From the NCBI RefSeq assembly GCF_006345805.1, contig NC_043010.1, positions 10,664,001 to 10,728,000 on the forward strand: a stretch of DNA of 64,000 nt, given 5' to 3'. Of the stretch, positions 25,505 to 38,489 are shown piece by piece. Under the pieces are notes generated by a model. The model was not told the origin of the DNA. It ran no database searches and saw only the letters and a list, made by a program, of their open reading frames with translations. The position numbers and the translations under genes were made by a program. Every line of letters begins with the position of its first letter. Positions within the stretch are counted from its first letter, which is position 1. This DNA is from Octopus sinensis (lineage: Eukaryota).

Positions 25505-26460
25505 GAGTCAGCTTCTTAAAATTGATCATGGGATATTAACATTCAACTCAAGACTTCAGCTACTTGAAATTACATGCGGTCAAATGATACTTTCTCTTAG
25601 GAATCTTGTGGATAAAGTATTTCCTAATTTATCTGTCAATTACACTGGCATAAACTGGCTAATTAAAACAGCTACACTAGCTCCATCTAATGAAATGATT
25701 AATAAACTCAACTATGAACTTCTTCAAAAGTTAAGAGATAGGCGCAGGAGTGGCTGTGTGGTAAGTAGCTTGCTAACCAACCACATGGTTCCGGGTTCAG
25801 TCCCACTGCATGGCATCTTGGGCAAGTGTCTTCTGCTATAGCCCCGGGCCGACCAATGCCTTGTGAGTGGATTTGGTAGATGGAAACTGAAAGAAGCCTG
25901 TCGTATATTTGTATATATGTATATATGTACGTGTGTGTTTGAGTGTGTGTTTGTCTCCCTAGCATTGCTTGACAACCGATGCTGGTGTGTTTACGTCCCC
26001 GTACTTAGCGGTTTGGCAAAAGAGACCGATAGAATAAGTACTAGACTTACAAAGAATAAGTACCGGGGTCGATTTGCTCGACTAAAGGCAGTGCTCCAGC
26101 ATGGCCGCAGTCAAAATGACTGAAACAAGTAAAAGAATAAAAGAGATACATCTGAAATGACTTTTCGATCAATTGATAACAGTCGATCAAGATCAGGATG
26201 TTCAATACCCTGTTAAATTTCTGAACTCACTTCAATCCACTGGCATGGCACTGCATAACTTGACACTAAAACTGGGTGCTCCCGTTATGTTGCTTAGAAA
26301 TCTTGACCCATCTCACCTGTGTAATGGAACTTGCTTAATTGTTACTTCTATGAAGCCCCATGTCCTACAAGCAACAATCATAACAGGTAGTCACAAAGAA
26401 GAAAATGTCTTTATTCCAAAAATTCCTCTCATACCTACAGATGTTCCCTTTGAATTTAAG
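25505..26460 (+). pseudogene. Helitron RepHel PIF1-helicase remnant interrupted by SINE A (25741-26147)
   Basis: LVDKVFPNL...WLIKTATLAPSNEMINKLN...YPVKFLNSLQSTGMALHNLTLKLGAPVMLLRNLDPSHLCNGTCLIV...VFIPKIPLIPTDVPFEFK are classic Helitron helicase motifs. Confidence 0.85.
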
Positions 26461-26497
26461 ATACACACAAAAGCATATATATATATATATATATATA

Positions 26498-26750
26498 TCA
26501 TCATCATCATCGTTTAACGTCCGCTTTCCATGCTAGCATGGGTTGGACGATTTAACTGAGGACTGACGAACCAGATGGCTGCGCCAGGTTCCAATCTGAT
26601 CTGGCAGAGTTTCTACAGCTGGATGCCCTTCCTAACATCAATCACTCCAGGAGTGTAGTGGGTGCTTTTACGTGCCACCGTCACGAGGGCCAGTCTGGTG
26701 GTACTGGCAACAGACACGCTTGAAAATGGTGTTTTTTACGTGCCAGTTGC
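26498..26750 (-). mobile_element. Family C (RTE 3' end)
   Basis: (CAT)n CGTTTAACGTCCGCTTTCCATGCTAGCATGGG... Confidence 0.8.
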
Positions 26751-26814
26751 ACACACATATATATATATAATATACATATTTTTGCCAACTAAATATATAT
26801 AATACAGATACATG

Positions 26815-26827
<13 letters not shown>

Positions 26828-26850
<23 letters not shown>

Positions 26851-26984
26851 TTTGATCACTTTGACCGACCAGTTCGTCAGGCTTCCATTTGACACCGCTG
26901 GTCACAGCACGCTGTCCACTCCTCTCTAGATCGCACCTTTCTCATCCACGTGATCCCAATCGTCCTCCTGAAATCGTCACTCCA
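26828..26984 (-). mobile_element. 3' end of a second RTE LINE family
   Basis: Minus strand WSDDFRRTIGITWMRKVRSREEWTACCDQRCQMEA*, then CTGGTCGGTCAAAGTGATCAAAGTG. Confidence 0.65.
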
Positions 26985-27609
26985 TACATTTATATATAAT
27001 TGGCAAATATATATTTATGTCTGTATATATAATATATATATATATATCGTATATAACGACGATGACGATATATATATATATTATATATACAGACATAGAT
27101 ATCTATTTGCCAATTAAATATATATATATATAAATATATAAATTGACAGATATGAAATATTTACATCTGCAAGACGACATTATGTGTTATTACTGTAGAA
27201 TAAGGACTAATCAGTAGAACATACATTTAAGTGAAGTATACTTTATATTTGAAATAGGATAGAAAAAACAAAAACAAAAACAAATTCTTGGTTAGAAAGG
27301 TTACAGCAGAAGGAATTTATAGTCTGAAAATTTTTTTGTTTTTTTAGCATTTTATTTTGAAATATTATTTTAGAAAGAAAAATATAGAATGAATGAAAGA
27401 ACTTGAAAGTATACCAAATCACACAATACCGAAATAAAACAAATCAATATTATCAAATAGGTAGATGTTTCTTGGCAAAGGCTGAATACTGTAAACTATA
27501 TATATATATATACAACAACTATATACGAGTGTTTACATGTATTTGCTGATGTATGATATAATTATATGTCTGCTGTCTTCATATATATATATATATATAT
27601 ATTTATATA

Positions 27610-27625
27610 ATGATGGTGGTGGTGG

Positions 27626-27701
<76 letters not shown>

Positions 27702-27739
27702 AATGGTGGTGGTGATGATGGTGATGATGGTGGTGGTGG

Positions 27740-27777
<38 letters not shown>

Positions 27778-27802
27778 GTGGTGATGATGATGGCGATGAT
27801 GC

Positions 27803-27835
<33 letters not shown>
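27610..27835. repeat. (GAT)/(GGT) trinucleotide tract
   Basis: Directly visible. Confidence 0.95.
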
Positions 27836-28374
27836 TATTATTTATATTATTTATATATTTATAAACTTATATATATATATATATTTATATACATATATAC
27901 ATATATATGTATATATATACATATATATATGTATATATATACATATATATATATGTAATACATATATATATATGTGTATATATAATATATATATATATAT
28001 CTATATGTATGTATGTATATATATATTTTATGTATGTGTACGTATGTAGGTGTGCATGAGTGTCAGTGTGTGTGTGTTTGTGGGTGTGTGAATTTGTACG
28101 TCTCTTGTTTTCTCCTTGTTTTGATGTTGTTTGTACGCTGCGTGGAAACAAAGTTGGTTATTGTCTGCGCAAACAGTGTCGTTGTTTACGATCTGCCATG
28201 AAAAATGTGTCTGACTCTTCAGTTGTTCATTGTTGAAGAACTAAGGGGAAGGAAATATTGCATTTACTCGAAAATAGGTGAAGTTGAGCAACAGGAAAGA
28301 ACGTCTGTCAGTAGAATATCTGACTCGATATGTTTTGACTGCTCCGTGCGATCACTGAAGAAGGAATATTAAAA

Positions 28375-28790
28375 TGGTAATGATGATACGACAATGATGG
28401 TGATAATGATGATGATGATGGTAGTGATGATGATGATGTTGATGATGACAACAACGATGATGATGATCTTTATCATCATCATCATCATGGATGTCATAGC
28501 TGTTGTCGTTTTCACCATCGTCATTACCATCCTTGTCATTGTCGTCGTCGCTGTCATCATCTTCATCATCATTGCCATCATTATTATCACCATCATCATC
28601 ATCATCATCATCACCATCACCATCATCATCATCATCATCATCGCCACCATCACCACCACCATCATCATCATCATTGCCATCATCATCATCATCATCATCA
28701 CCACCACCACCACCACCACCACCACCACCACCATCATCATCATCAGCAGCAGCAGCAGCAGGAGGAGCAGAAGCAGCAGCAATCACATAC
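28375..28790. repeat. (GAT) then (CAT)/(CAC)/(CAG) trinucleotide tract
   Basis: Directly visible. Confidence 0.95.
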
Positions 28791-29139
28791 ATCAGCAGCC
28801 TCGATGGCAGCTGCAATAGCAACCACACCAAATGTATATTTACATCCATTTTTCTATGTCGGCATGGGTTGAATGTTTTCAAAGGATATCTGATGAGTCA
28901 GAGGTTCCATGGTTTGCTCCAGCATCTCAGTTACAGCCTGTTTTCAAAGCTGAATGATCATCCTAATACCAGTCCTTTTATGACTATATAGAGCATGTTT
29001 TCACCTCACACCTGAGTAATAGGGGCTGCTTTTCATCCATCGAAAAGTGTGCTCTCAACCCCATATTGTCTACTCAGTTTGCCAGACATCACTCTGCAGA
29101 GTATTGTCATACATATATGAGTGTGTATATATATAAATG

Positions 29140-29445
29140 TGGAGGCGCAATGGCCCAGTGGTTAGGGCAGCGGACTCGTGGTCGTAGGATCGTGGTTTTG
29201 ATTCCCAGACCGGGCGTTGTGAGTGTTTATTGAGCGAAAACACTTAAAGCTCCACGAAGCTCCGGCAGGGGGTGGTGATCCCTGCTGTACTCTTTCACCA
29301 CACTTTCTCCCACTCTTTCTTCTGTTGGCCTGCTCGCTTAGCCAGTGAGGTGGCGTCATTCGAAGGCTAAAAACAATGCGAACGCATTGTGACCAGCGAT
29401 GTGTAACAACATCTGATGGTCTGGTCGGTCACGTGATCACGTGAT
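29140..29445 (+). mobile_element. SINE group D, tail type 1
   Basis: Near-identical to 6438-6740. Confidence 0.85.
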
Positions 29446-29505
29446 ATATATATAAATATTGAATTTCTAAATGTTTGAGAGAGACATGAGCGGTGGTGGA
29501 GCGAT

Positions 29506-29809
29506 AGAGTGGTTGTATACTGTCAACTTAATGTGACAGTCCCGTAAAGAGAATCACACCACTTCTATTTAGCCCTAGGAAGCATCAACGCTTCCTGCTG
29601 GCTTTGTCACATTTTCTGTATCCTTATATTTGCGAAGCGCAGACAAGCACCCCCGGCCCTAGCTGGTGGGGGTGCTTGTCTCCCCTTCGCAAATATAAGG
29701 ACACAAGAAATGTGTCAAAACCGACAGGAAGTGTCGATGCTTCCTAGGGCTAAATAGAGGTGGTGTGATATCCTTTATGGGACTGTCACATTAAGTTGAC
29801 AGTATACAA

Positions 29810-29816
<7 letters not shown>
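29506..29816. mobile_element. Foldback/palindromic MITE
   Basis: AGAGTGGTTGTATACTGTCAACTTAATGTGACAGTCCC is inverted at the right end; arms pair over almost the whole length. Confidence 0.8.
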
Positions 29817-29887
<71 letters not shown>

Positions 29888-30403
29888 TTATATATACATA
29901 CATATGTACAAATGGTGCAGGTGTGGCTGTGTGGTTCCAGGTTCAGTCTCACCGCTGCACCTTGGACATGCAGTAGGGCTATAGCTTGGGCTGACCAATG
30001 TTTCATGAGTGGATTTCATAGATGGAAACTGAAAGAAGCATGTTGTATATGTGCTTGCGTGTGTGAACGTGTGTGTGTGTGTATGTGTGTGTGTGTATGT
30101 GTGTGTGTGTGGTGTGTGTGTGTGTGTGCATGGATACCAGTTACTAAACTAATTGTATGTATTTATGTCAATATATCTATTGCAAAAGAAAATCTACTGT
30201 AAGGTTATATATATTTAAATTATACATAGAAATCACACTTGTAATTAGTAATAGATTAGAATTACAAACTGATTTATATGTATGTATATCTATATATATA
30301 TCTATGTATCTATCTATCTCTCTATCTATCTATCTATATATATATATAATTATATATTATATATATACATACATACATATATATATATACATACATTATA
30401 TAT

Positions 30404-30464
<61 letters not shown>

Positions 30465-30477
30465 ATATCCGTAATAT

Positions 30478-30740
30478 GAAGGGTGAAATTAATTAATTTG
30501 GAATAATTATCAATTCACCAAGTAGTCTTCGGCATGTAAAAGCCTCATTCGAAAAATTTAAGTAATACTAAGCAATAAAGGTTTAGCAACGAATTGCCTT
30601 ACCACATACCGAATTTAGAAATAGCAGTCAAAGAGTTATAGCTATTTCTTCTAGAAGAAATAGCTATAACTCTTTGACTGCTATTTCTAAATTCGGTATG
30701 TGGTAAGGCAATTCGTTGCTAAACCTTTATTGCTTAGTAT
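30478..30740. mobile_element. (TA)n-flanked element containing a perfect 176-bp palindrome (30565-30740)
   Basis: Arms are exact reverse complements centred on CT|AG at 30652/30653; homologous to 6170-6420. Confidence 0.75.
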
Positions 30741-30741
30741 A

Positions 30742-30774
<33 letters not shown>

Positions 30775-31199
30775 ATATATTATATATATATGTATGTGTA
30801 TATATATGTATGATATATATTATCATATATGTCATATATAATGGAAAAACTATAAGAATTGTCTGATTCTGTTTGCTAACACAAACTAAAATAGCTAAAA
30901 GCTGTATGAAGCATCTGGAATAAGTAATATAAATTTTAATGAAAAAAATAATATGAACTGAATTTAGACAAATTAAATTAAACTAACAACAGAATTTTTT
31001 AAGATAAATTTTGTATATGAAGTAATGGTGGTGAGGTAAGATAACCAATGCCACACAATGTGTGAACTGAAACTAAAGAGTGTGATATCAAGTGTATAAA
31101 ATGTGTATAAAAATGCACTTCCAATGACCTGAGAAAATAGAAAGTATATATAGACATTATTATAGAAATCTGATAATGGAAAGAGAAAGAGATACATGT

Positions 31200-31960
31200 T
31201 ATGCTTGTGTATTGCATTCATTGATTATGAAAAGGTCTTTGATACAGACCGATAGAATAAGTACTAGGCTTACAAAGAATAAGTTCTGGGGTTGATTTGC
31301 TTGACTAAAGGTGATGCTCCAGCATGGCCGCTGTCAAATGACTGAAACAAGTAAAAGAGTAAAAGAGTGTTGAGATGAATATCATCATCATCATCATCAT
31401 CATCGTTTAACGTCCGCTTTCCATGCTGGCATGGGTTGGACGGTTCAACTGGGGACTGGGAAGCCAGAAGGCTGCACCAGGCCAGTCAGATCTGGCAGAG
31501 TTTCTACAGCTGGATGCCCTCCTAATGCCAACCACTCCGTGAGTGTAGTGGGTGCTTTTTATGTGCCACCGACACCGGTGCCAGACGAGGCTGGCGAACG
31601 GCCAGTAAATGCAAGGTGTTGAGGTACAAATGTGAAGTATGCATGTTCAACAGATATAGCTCTGCTATAACCACAGGTGAAGGTTCCAATTGGAAAGGGT
31701 GTCAAATAAGGAGTCGCCATGTCTCCAAGGCTTTTTACTGCATGTCATGAAATAGTCATCAGGGACATTGACCAGACAGGAGGCATGAGCATCATTGGCA
31801 AGCAACTAATGCACCTCCAATCCACAGATGGTATCGTACTTATTGAAATCACAGATCAGCTGCAAACTACACTGACAGAGATGAATACCCATAGCTTAGC
31901 AGTAGGCCTTAAAATAAACCATAAAAAAACAAAATATATGTGGTTGGAAGATGTAGAACA
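31200..31960 (+). pseudogene. RTE reverse transcriptase remnant interrupted by a SINE A 3' fragment (31246-31368) and a family C copy (31381-31605, minus)
   Basis: LCIAFIDYEKVFD...GKGVK*GVAMSPRLF...LMHLQSTDGIVL...GLKINHKKTKYM. Confidence 0.75.
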
Positions 31961-31969
31961 AGGTCAATG

Positions 31970-32222
31970 GGGCAGTGCATTGTGTTCTTGAGCAAGACGC
32001 TTTATTTCTCGTTACTCCAGTTCACTTAGAGGAAGAATGCCAAGCTGTATCGGTTTCACCTTTCCCTTGGACAACATCAGTGGCATAGAAAGGGGAGGGG
32101 GTATACATGGGTGACTTCTAGACTTCCCTTAACAACCCTGCTCAGACTTATACCTCAGTGGGGAACTTTCTAGGTGCATCCTATGGTCATTCATGACTGA
32201 AGGGGGTCTTTACCCTTTTACC
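31970..32222 (+). mobile_element. SINE remnant with a CORE-like segment and a distinct tail
   Basis: TGTGTTCTTGAGCAAGACGCTTTATTTC..TTACTCCAGTTCAC is shared with 19540 and 33350. Confidence 0.5.
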
Positions 32223-32955
32223 ATATATTTTTACACTTTTTAGCCATTTGTATAGCACTCGTCCTACACAACTCACACTTTATTAACCAATCCCACCTGT
32301 CTATGCACTATTTTATTTTTATTGTATTTTATATTCATTTATATATTATGTAATATCCACGCTTTCAAATTGCCAAAAGCATTGTTCTTTTAACATGCTT
32401 TATTCACTTTTACACATTTATATTACATTCTTTAGATCTAATTCCAGAAGTGTCTGTGGTAATGGTTATGCTAGCTTCTTGCTATTACCTTTAAACCAGT
32501 ACAAACATTCACAAACTTTTAGATCTTTTTCTTAGGCTGCTTGACACTAATGGAAGTAGGTGGTCCTCTCTTGGGTGTTGAAATCACAATGATATATATT
32601 GGGTTGTTGATGAGGAAATTCCCTAGCTGTGTTAAACTGGATTTCATTCAGTAGTTACGCCTCTGCTTGTTGTTAATGTCCAGTGGTTTCTTTTTATGTT
32701 GGTTGTTTTGTTACGCAGTGCTTTATGGGGATTATACAGGTTCTTAGGCCATTTCTGATCCGAGGTGGAATTAGCCATAAGGTTAGATCTAATTATGTTT
32801 TGGCATAGTCAAATTGCCATAATACAATAAATATGAAGCATATATATCCATACACCCACACATACAGAAACATGCAAATACATTGAGGAAATACTGTTGC
32901 TGGTGATATATATATATATATTATATATATATATTATATATACATATATATAATG

Positions 32956-32993
<38 letters not shown>

Positions 32994-33000
32994 TATATAT

Positions 33001-33038
<38 letters not shown>

Positions 33039-33233
33039 CATACATACATATATATATATATATAATATCTACGCATCAGAAGCCTTTTAACATCCACTTT
33101 TCTATGCTTGTATGGGTCAGATGGAAATTTTGTGGCACATTTTCTACAAAGCAAGTTAATGTGTGTATGTATACTAATGTTTATATATGTGTATATATGT
33201 ATAGTGCACACGCACACACATATACATACATAC

Positions 33234-33275
<42 letters not shown>

Positions 33276-33278
33276 TCG

Positions 33279-33560
33279 CTTGGCTCAGTGGTTAGAGCAT
33301 TGGTCATACGACCATGAGGTTGTGAGCTTGAATCTCGGACCGGGCTTTGTGTTCTTGAGGAAGACACTTTATTTCATGTTGCTCCAGTTCACTCTGTAAA
33401 GTGGTTGGCATTAGCAAGGGCTATCAAACTATAGAAACCATGTGAAAACAGAAAATTGGAGCTTAGACAGTTCCCCAGCTGGCCAGTCCCTGTTAAACTG
33501 TCCAACCCATGCTAGCATAGGAAATGGATGTTAAATGATGATGAAAACAATGATGATGAT
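33279..33560 (+). mobile_element. tRNA head plus CORE-like segment fused to a family C tail
   Basis: TGGCTCAGTGGTTAGAGC head; switches to GTGGTTGGCATTAG...CCAACCCATGCTAGC...(GAT)n at ~33395. Confidence 0.6.
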
Positions 33561-33747
33561 CTATATATAAAGATATGTGTGGGTGTATATATATATATAT
33601 ATATTATATATATATGTACACATATATAATGTATATGTATATATATATATACGCATATATAATGTAATATTATATATATATATATATACGTATATATATG
33701 TATATGTATGTATATGTATATATATATATATATTTATATATTATACG

Positions 33748-33797
<50 letters not shown>

Positions 33798-33822
33798 ATA
33801 TGTATATATATGTATATTACTA

Positions 33823-33854
<32 letters not shown>

Positions 33855-33871
33855 TACATACATACATGTAT

Positions 33872-35320
33872 ATGCTAAAGTTTATGTACCACAAAATGTG
33901 GCAGTCCTATAAAGGATGATGTTACTGTCGTTTTAGCCCCGGGAAAGCATCTTTTCCAGCTGGCCACTGACACACAGTCTGTGTCCGTATATCATTTGCA
34001 AAAGAGGTCATCGTTCCCATCTCTAGCCTTACATGATACTCAAAGACGTAGGATTCTGGTTACCCATCCTCACTGTGAGAAAACCACAAGCTAGTGATGA
34101 AAGCTCTCCCCACTCACAAATACTATATATTCTTTAAGTGACACACAGTCGCTGATCTCTTATAGTGACAAACAATTTGTTTTAGATCTCTGAGCAAGAG
34201 ATATACAGCAACAGTACCAGATAGTAAAGTTTATTTGCCAACAGAATGTGGCAATCCTTTAAAGGACGATGTTACTGCTATTTTAGCCTTGGGAAAACTT
34301 ATCTCCAGCTGGCTATTTGTCACACATTCTGTGTCCGTATAGCATGTGCAAGGGAGGTCATCGTTCCCATCTCTAGCCTCCCACCTTGTTTTTAATGTAC
34401 GGTTGCAGTACTGAAATGTGTGTGTTTGGAGGACTAGAATGGAAGGTTTTGTGTCAGGGTCCTTCATCTCTGGCCCCGGTTTGCTGTCTTACTTCAGATA
34501 CCATCCGAAGAGCAAGATGGGGTTGGAGAAGAAAACCCTGTCACCGAGTGAATACGAGAAACGATGGAAAGATGTGATGAGAAAGGTGGGTGTCAGTAAC
34601 CCAGCTTAATCATTGATTAAAGGAAAAGATAGTTGCTGGGACTTATAGGCTACTGGGTTCGATCTTTTTTAACTTTTATTCGTTTTCTTTCTTTGCTTTA
34701 GTTTTTAAAAAAAGTTGTATTTTAAGGTAAAAATTAATCGCTAGCGCCGCCTTGGCTGGCTTCCGTGCCAGTGGCACGTTAAAAGCTCCAACCGATCGTG
34801 GCCGATGCCGGACACCCCTGGCACCTGTGCAGGTGGCACGTAAAAAGCACCCACTACACTCGCAGAGTGGTTGGCGTTAGGAAGGGCTTCCAGCTGTAGA
34901 AACTCTGCCAACTCATGCTAGCGCGGAAAACGGACGTTAAACGATGATGATGATGATGATGATAAAATATTTTTTAAGTAAATTTTTAACAAAATGCTCA
35001 TTTGAACTCATTTAACATTTTTGTATTTGTTTGTCTTGTAATGTCCTTTTCTATGTACGATCAGTTTGATCATAAAGATTTTATCTCTAGCCTTCCATGA
35101 TACTCACAGACCTACGTTTCTAGGTTTCCTTGCTAGCTTGCAGTTTTTCATACTGAGGACGGGTAACCACCTAGAAACCTAGGTCTGTGATTAACACGTT
35201 AGGCTAGAGATGGGAATGATGACCTCCCTTAAAAATGCTATATGAACACAGACTGCTAAAACAACAGTAACATCGTCCTTTGTAGGACTGCCACATTCTG
35301 TTAGCATATAAGTTTTACTA
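33872..35320. mobile_element. Foldback MITE family related to 29506-29816: partial copy 33872-34085 and full copy 34222-35320 with insertions
   Basis: TAGTAAA.TT.AT.TGC.AACAGAATGTGGCA.TCCT inverted termini; TTAGCCC..GGAA.GCATC motif shared with the 29.5-kb element. Confidence 0.7.
34384..35082 (+). mobile_element. 5'-truncated Tx1/L1-like LINE 3' end with TSD; contains a family C copy (34741-34962)
   Basis: CVWRTRMEG...GPGLLSYFRYHPKSKMGLEKKTLSPSEYEKRW resembles a Tx1/L1 ORF2 C-terminus; TSD ATCTCTAGCCT(C/T)CCA at 34369-34383 and 35083-35097. Confidence 0.55.
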
Positions 35321-35390
35321 TTTAGTACAGTTATGTATATCTCTCTCTCGGAGATTTAAAACAAATTGTTTTTCTCTGTATATATACACA

Positions 35391-35443
<53 letters not shown>

Positions 35444-35527
35444 ATACATACATACATATATATATACAATACATACATATATATAGAGATACATACATAC
35501 ATATATATATAATAACATACGTTATAT

Positions 35528-35560
<33 letters not shown>

Positions 35561-35790
35561 CATACATGTTATATACATATATATATATATACATATATAT
35601 ATATACATACATACATATATATAGATATATATACATACATAATATTATATATTACATACATACTATATATATATTATATACATAGATATAATATATATAT
35701 ATATATATACATACATACAATATATACATACATACATACCTATATACCACAACATATATATATATAATAACACACACATTTACACGTAAA

Positions 35791-35828
<38 letters not shown>

Positions 35829-36761
35829 AAGAGAGAGTCAGCTGAGGGAGATAATTCAAATAGTCCAATGACATGAATTTAGGCAATTCAGGTAGGTGTG
35901 TGATGTGTTAAATGACATACACAAAACAGCCTTAATGAATTGAAATTTGGTCTTTAGTCGAAGAAAGAAGACAAATATCTGCCTGTGATTCTTAATGACT
36001 ACCAAAGAAAAATAGAGATAATTTCAAGAATTTAAGAACCAGTGTCACAGAAAATTATATTTTGATACTTAAGAGGGAGAAAAAAAAAAATCTGTCCTTT
36101 GTTAGGAGGCAAGGTGACAGTTACCAATTAGCATTTTGTGCTTTTGTTTGTGTGCAAAATTCTATGGAATCTGTATTTTTGTGTGCTTAAATGTTCACTT
36201 AGGAATAAGTGCACGAATGTGTGTGAAATGTTTGAATTTGTGTTTTTTGTGCGAAGTTTTGTATGAGTGCATGTGCATGCAAGAATACGTGTTAGTAAAT
36301 AAAGCTGCGTGTACACACTCACACACATACGCCTTGATATCAAATTAATAAATAATAGTGCTTGCAATTTTCGGCATGTATACATGTGAGTGTGTGTGTG
36401 TGTATGTGTGTGTATTTGTAAGTGTTTTGTGTGTGTGTGTGTGTGTGGTGTGTATTTGCATATAAATATTTGTGTGCGTAGGTATGCATGTGCATATATG
36501 TATTCATATGACATGCAAACACACACACATACATATACACATGCATACAAGCACATTTAAAAACATACACGCATGCACACGCCCCCATACACATATGCTA
36601 AAAATTTCATATATACATGCACACATTCATATACACACACATAAGGCTTCATATGTGTGTGTATTTGTACATGCATGAGGCAAGTGTTTAGTGTGTGTGC
36701 GTGTGTATGTGTGGTGTGTAGTTGTTATAAATATTTGTGTGTGTAGGTATGCATGTGCGTA

Positions 36762-37171
36762 TACTCTTTTACTCTTTTACTTGATTCAGTCATTTGACTG
36801 CGGCCATGCTGGAGCACCGCCTTTAGTCGAGCAAATCGACCCCGGGACTTATTCTTTGTAAGCCCAGTACTTATTCTATCGGTCTCTTTTGCCAAACCGC
36901 TTAGTGACGGGGACGTAAACACACCAGCATCGGTTGTCAAGCGATTCTAGTGGGACAAACACAGACGCACAAATATATACACATACATATATATATATAC
37001 ATATATACGACAGGCTTCTTTCAGTTTCCGTCTACCAAATCCACTAACAAGGCTTTGGTCGGCCCAAGGCTATAGCAGAAGACACTTGCCCAAGATGCCA
37101 CGGAGTGGGACTGAACCCGGAACCATGTGGTTGGTTAGCAAGCTACTTACCACACAGCCACTACTGCGCCT
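36762..37171 (-). mobile_element. SINE family A
   Basis: Full-length; inserted in a TG/CA low-complexity tandem block. Confidence 0.85.
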
Positions 37172-37711
37172 ATATGTGTATTCATATGATATGCAAACAC
37201 ACAAGCCTACATATACACATGCATACAAGCATACTTAAACACATACACACATAAGCATACACACGCCTCCCCTCACACATATATATGCTAAAATATCATA
37301 TATACATGCACACATGTATATACACACACACACATAAGGCTTCATATGTATGTGTATTTGTACATGCATGCGGCAAGTGTTTAGTGTGTGTGTATATGTG
37401 TGTGGTGTGTATTTGCATATAAATATTTGTGTGTGTAGGTATGCATGTGTGTGTGTGTGTGTATTCCTATGACACATGCAAGCACACAACCATACATATA
37501 CACATGCATACAAACACACTACAATACATACACACATGCACATACAAGCATACACACACTTCCTCCCCCACACACACACATGCAAAAACACTCATATATA
37601 CATACGCACATGCATACACACACACATAAGGCTTCGTATGTTTAGTTTCTGTAAGCACACAAGCTTTAGTATATATGAATGTTTAACTATATATGTAAGA
37701 GAATATCTACA

Positions 37712-37744
<33 letters not shown>

Positions 37745-37910
37745 AAACACGTACACACATGCACACTCTCATATACATACATGCACACACTCACATACAC
37801 ATGTAAGTTTTCAGTTTTTTGAATATCTGTAAGCATACAAGCTGTAGCAAATGTAAATGTTTACTATATATGTAATTGTATATATTTACACACATATTTA
37901 CACACATATA

Positions 37911-38326
37911 GGCGCAGGAGTGGCTGTGTGGTAAGTAGCTTGCTAACCAACCACATGGTTCCGGGTTCAGTCCCACTGCATGGCATCTTGGGCAAGTGTC
38001 TTCTGCTATAGCCCCGGGCCGACCAATGCCTTGTGAGTGGATTTGGTAGACGGAAACTGAGAGAAGCCTGTCGTATATATGTATATATATATATATATAA
38101 GTGTGTGTGTATATGTTTGTGTGTCTGTGTTTGTCCTCCTAGCATTGCTTGACAACCGATGCTGGTGTGTTTACGCCCCCGTCACTTAGCGGTTCGGCAA
38201 AAGAGACCGATAGAATAAGTACTGGGCTTACAAAGAATAAGTCCTGGGGTCGATTTGCTCGACTAAAGGAGGTGCTCCAGCATGGCCAAAGTCAAATGAG
38301 GGAAACAAGTAAAAGAGCAAAAGAGT
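37911..38326 (+). mobile_element. SINE family A
   Basis: Full-length match. Confidence 0.85.
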
Positions 38327-38489
38327 ATATTTTCTCCTATTTTATTTTTTATTGCAAAGTCCTTGATCAGATCCTCAAAATTAATCTTATGTTCTTAATC
38401 CTCTGCTTCTATACTTAGTACAGATAAGATATCCTGAATATTATTTTAGCATGTTTAAAGCGATTACTTTTGAGCTGTGAACCAATTAT

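Noticed and set aside
27537-28991. Poly-D/G/S/P/H ORFs
   Set aside because: Trinucleotide repeats open in several frames; no splice or domain support.
32440-32515. Degenerate hammerhead-like hairpin (CCAGAAG...GGTAAT/ATTACC...CAAAC)
   Set aside because: Both core boxes are mutated; too weak to call.
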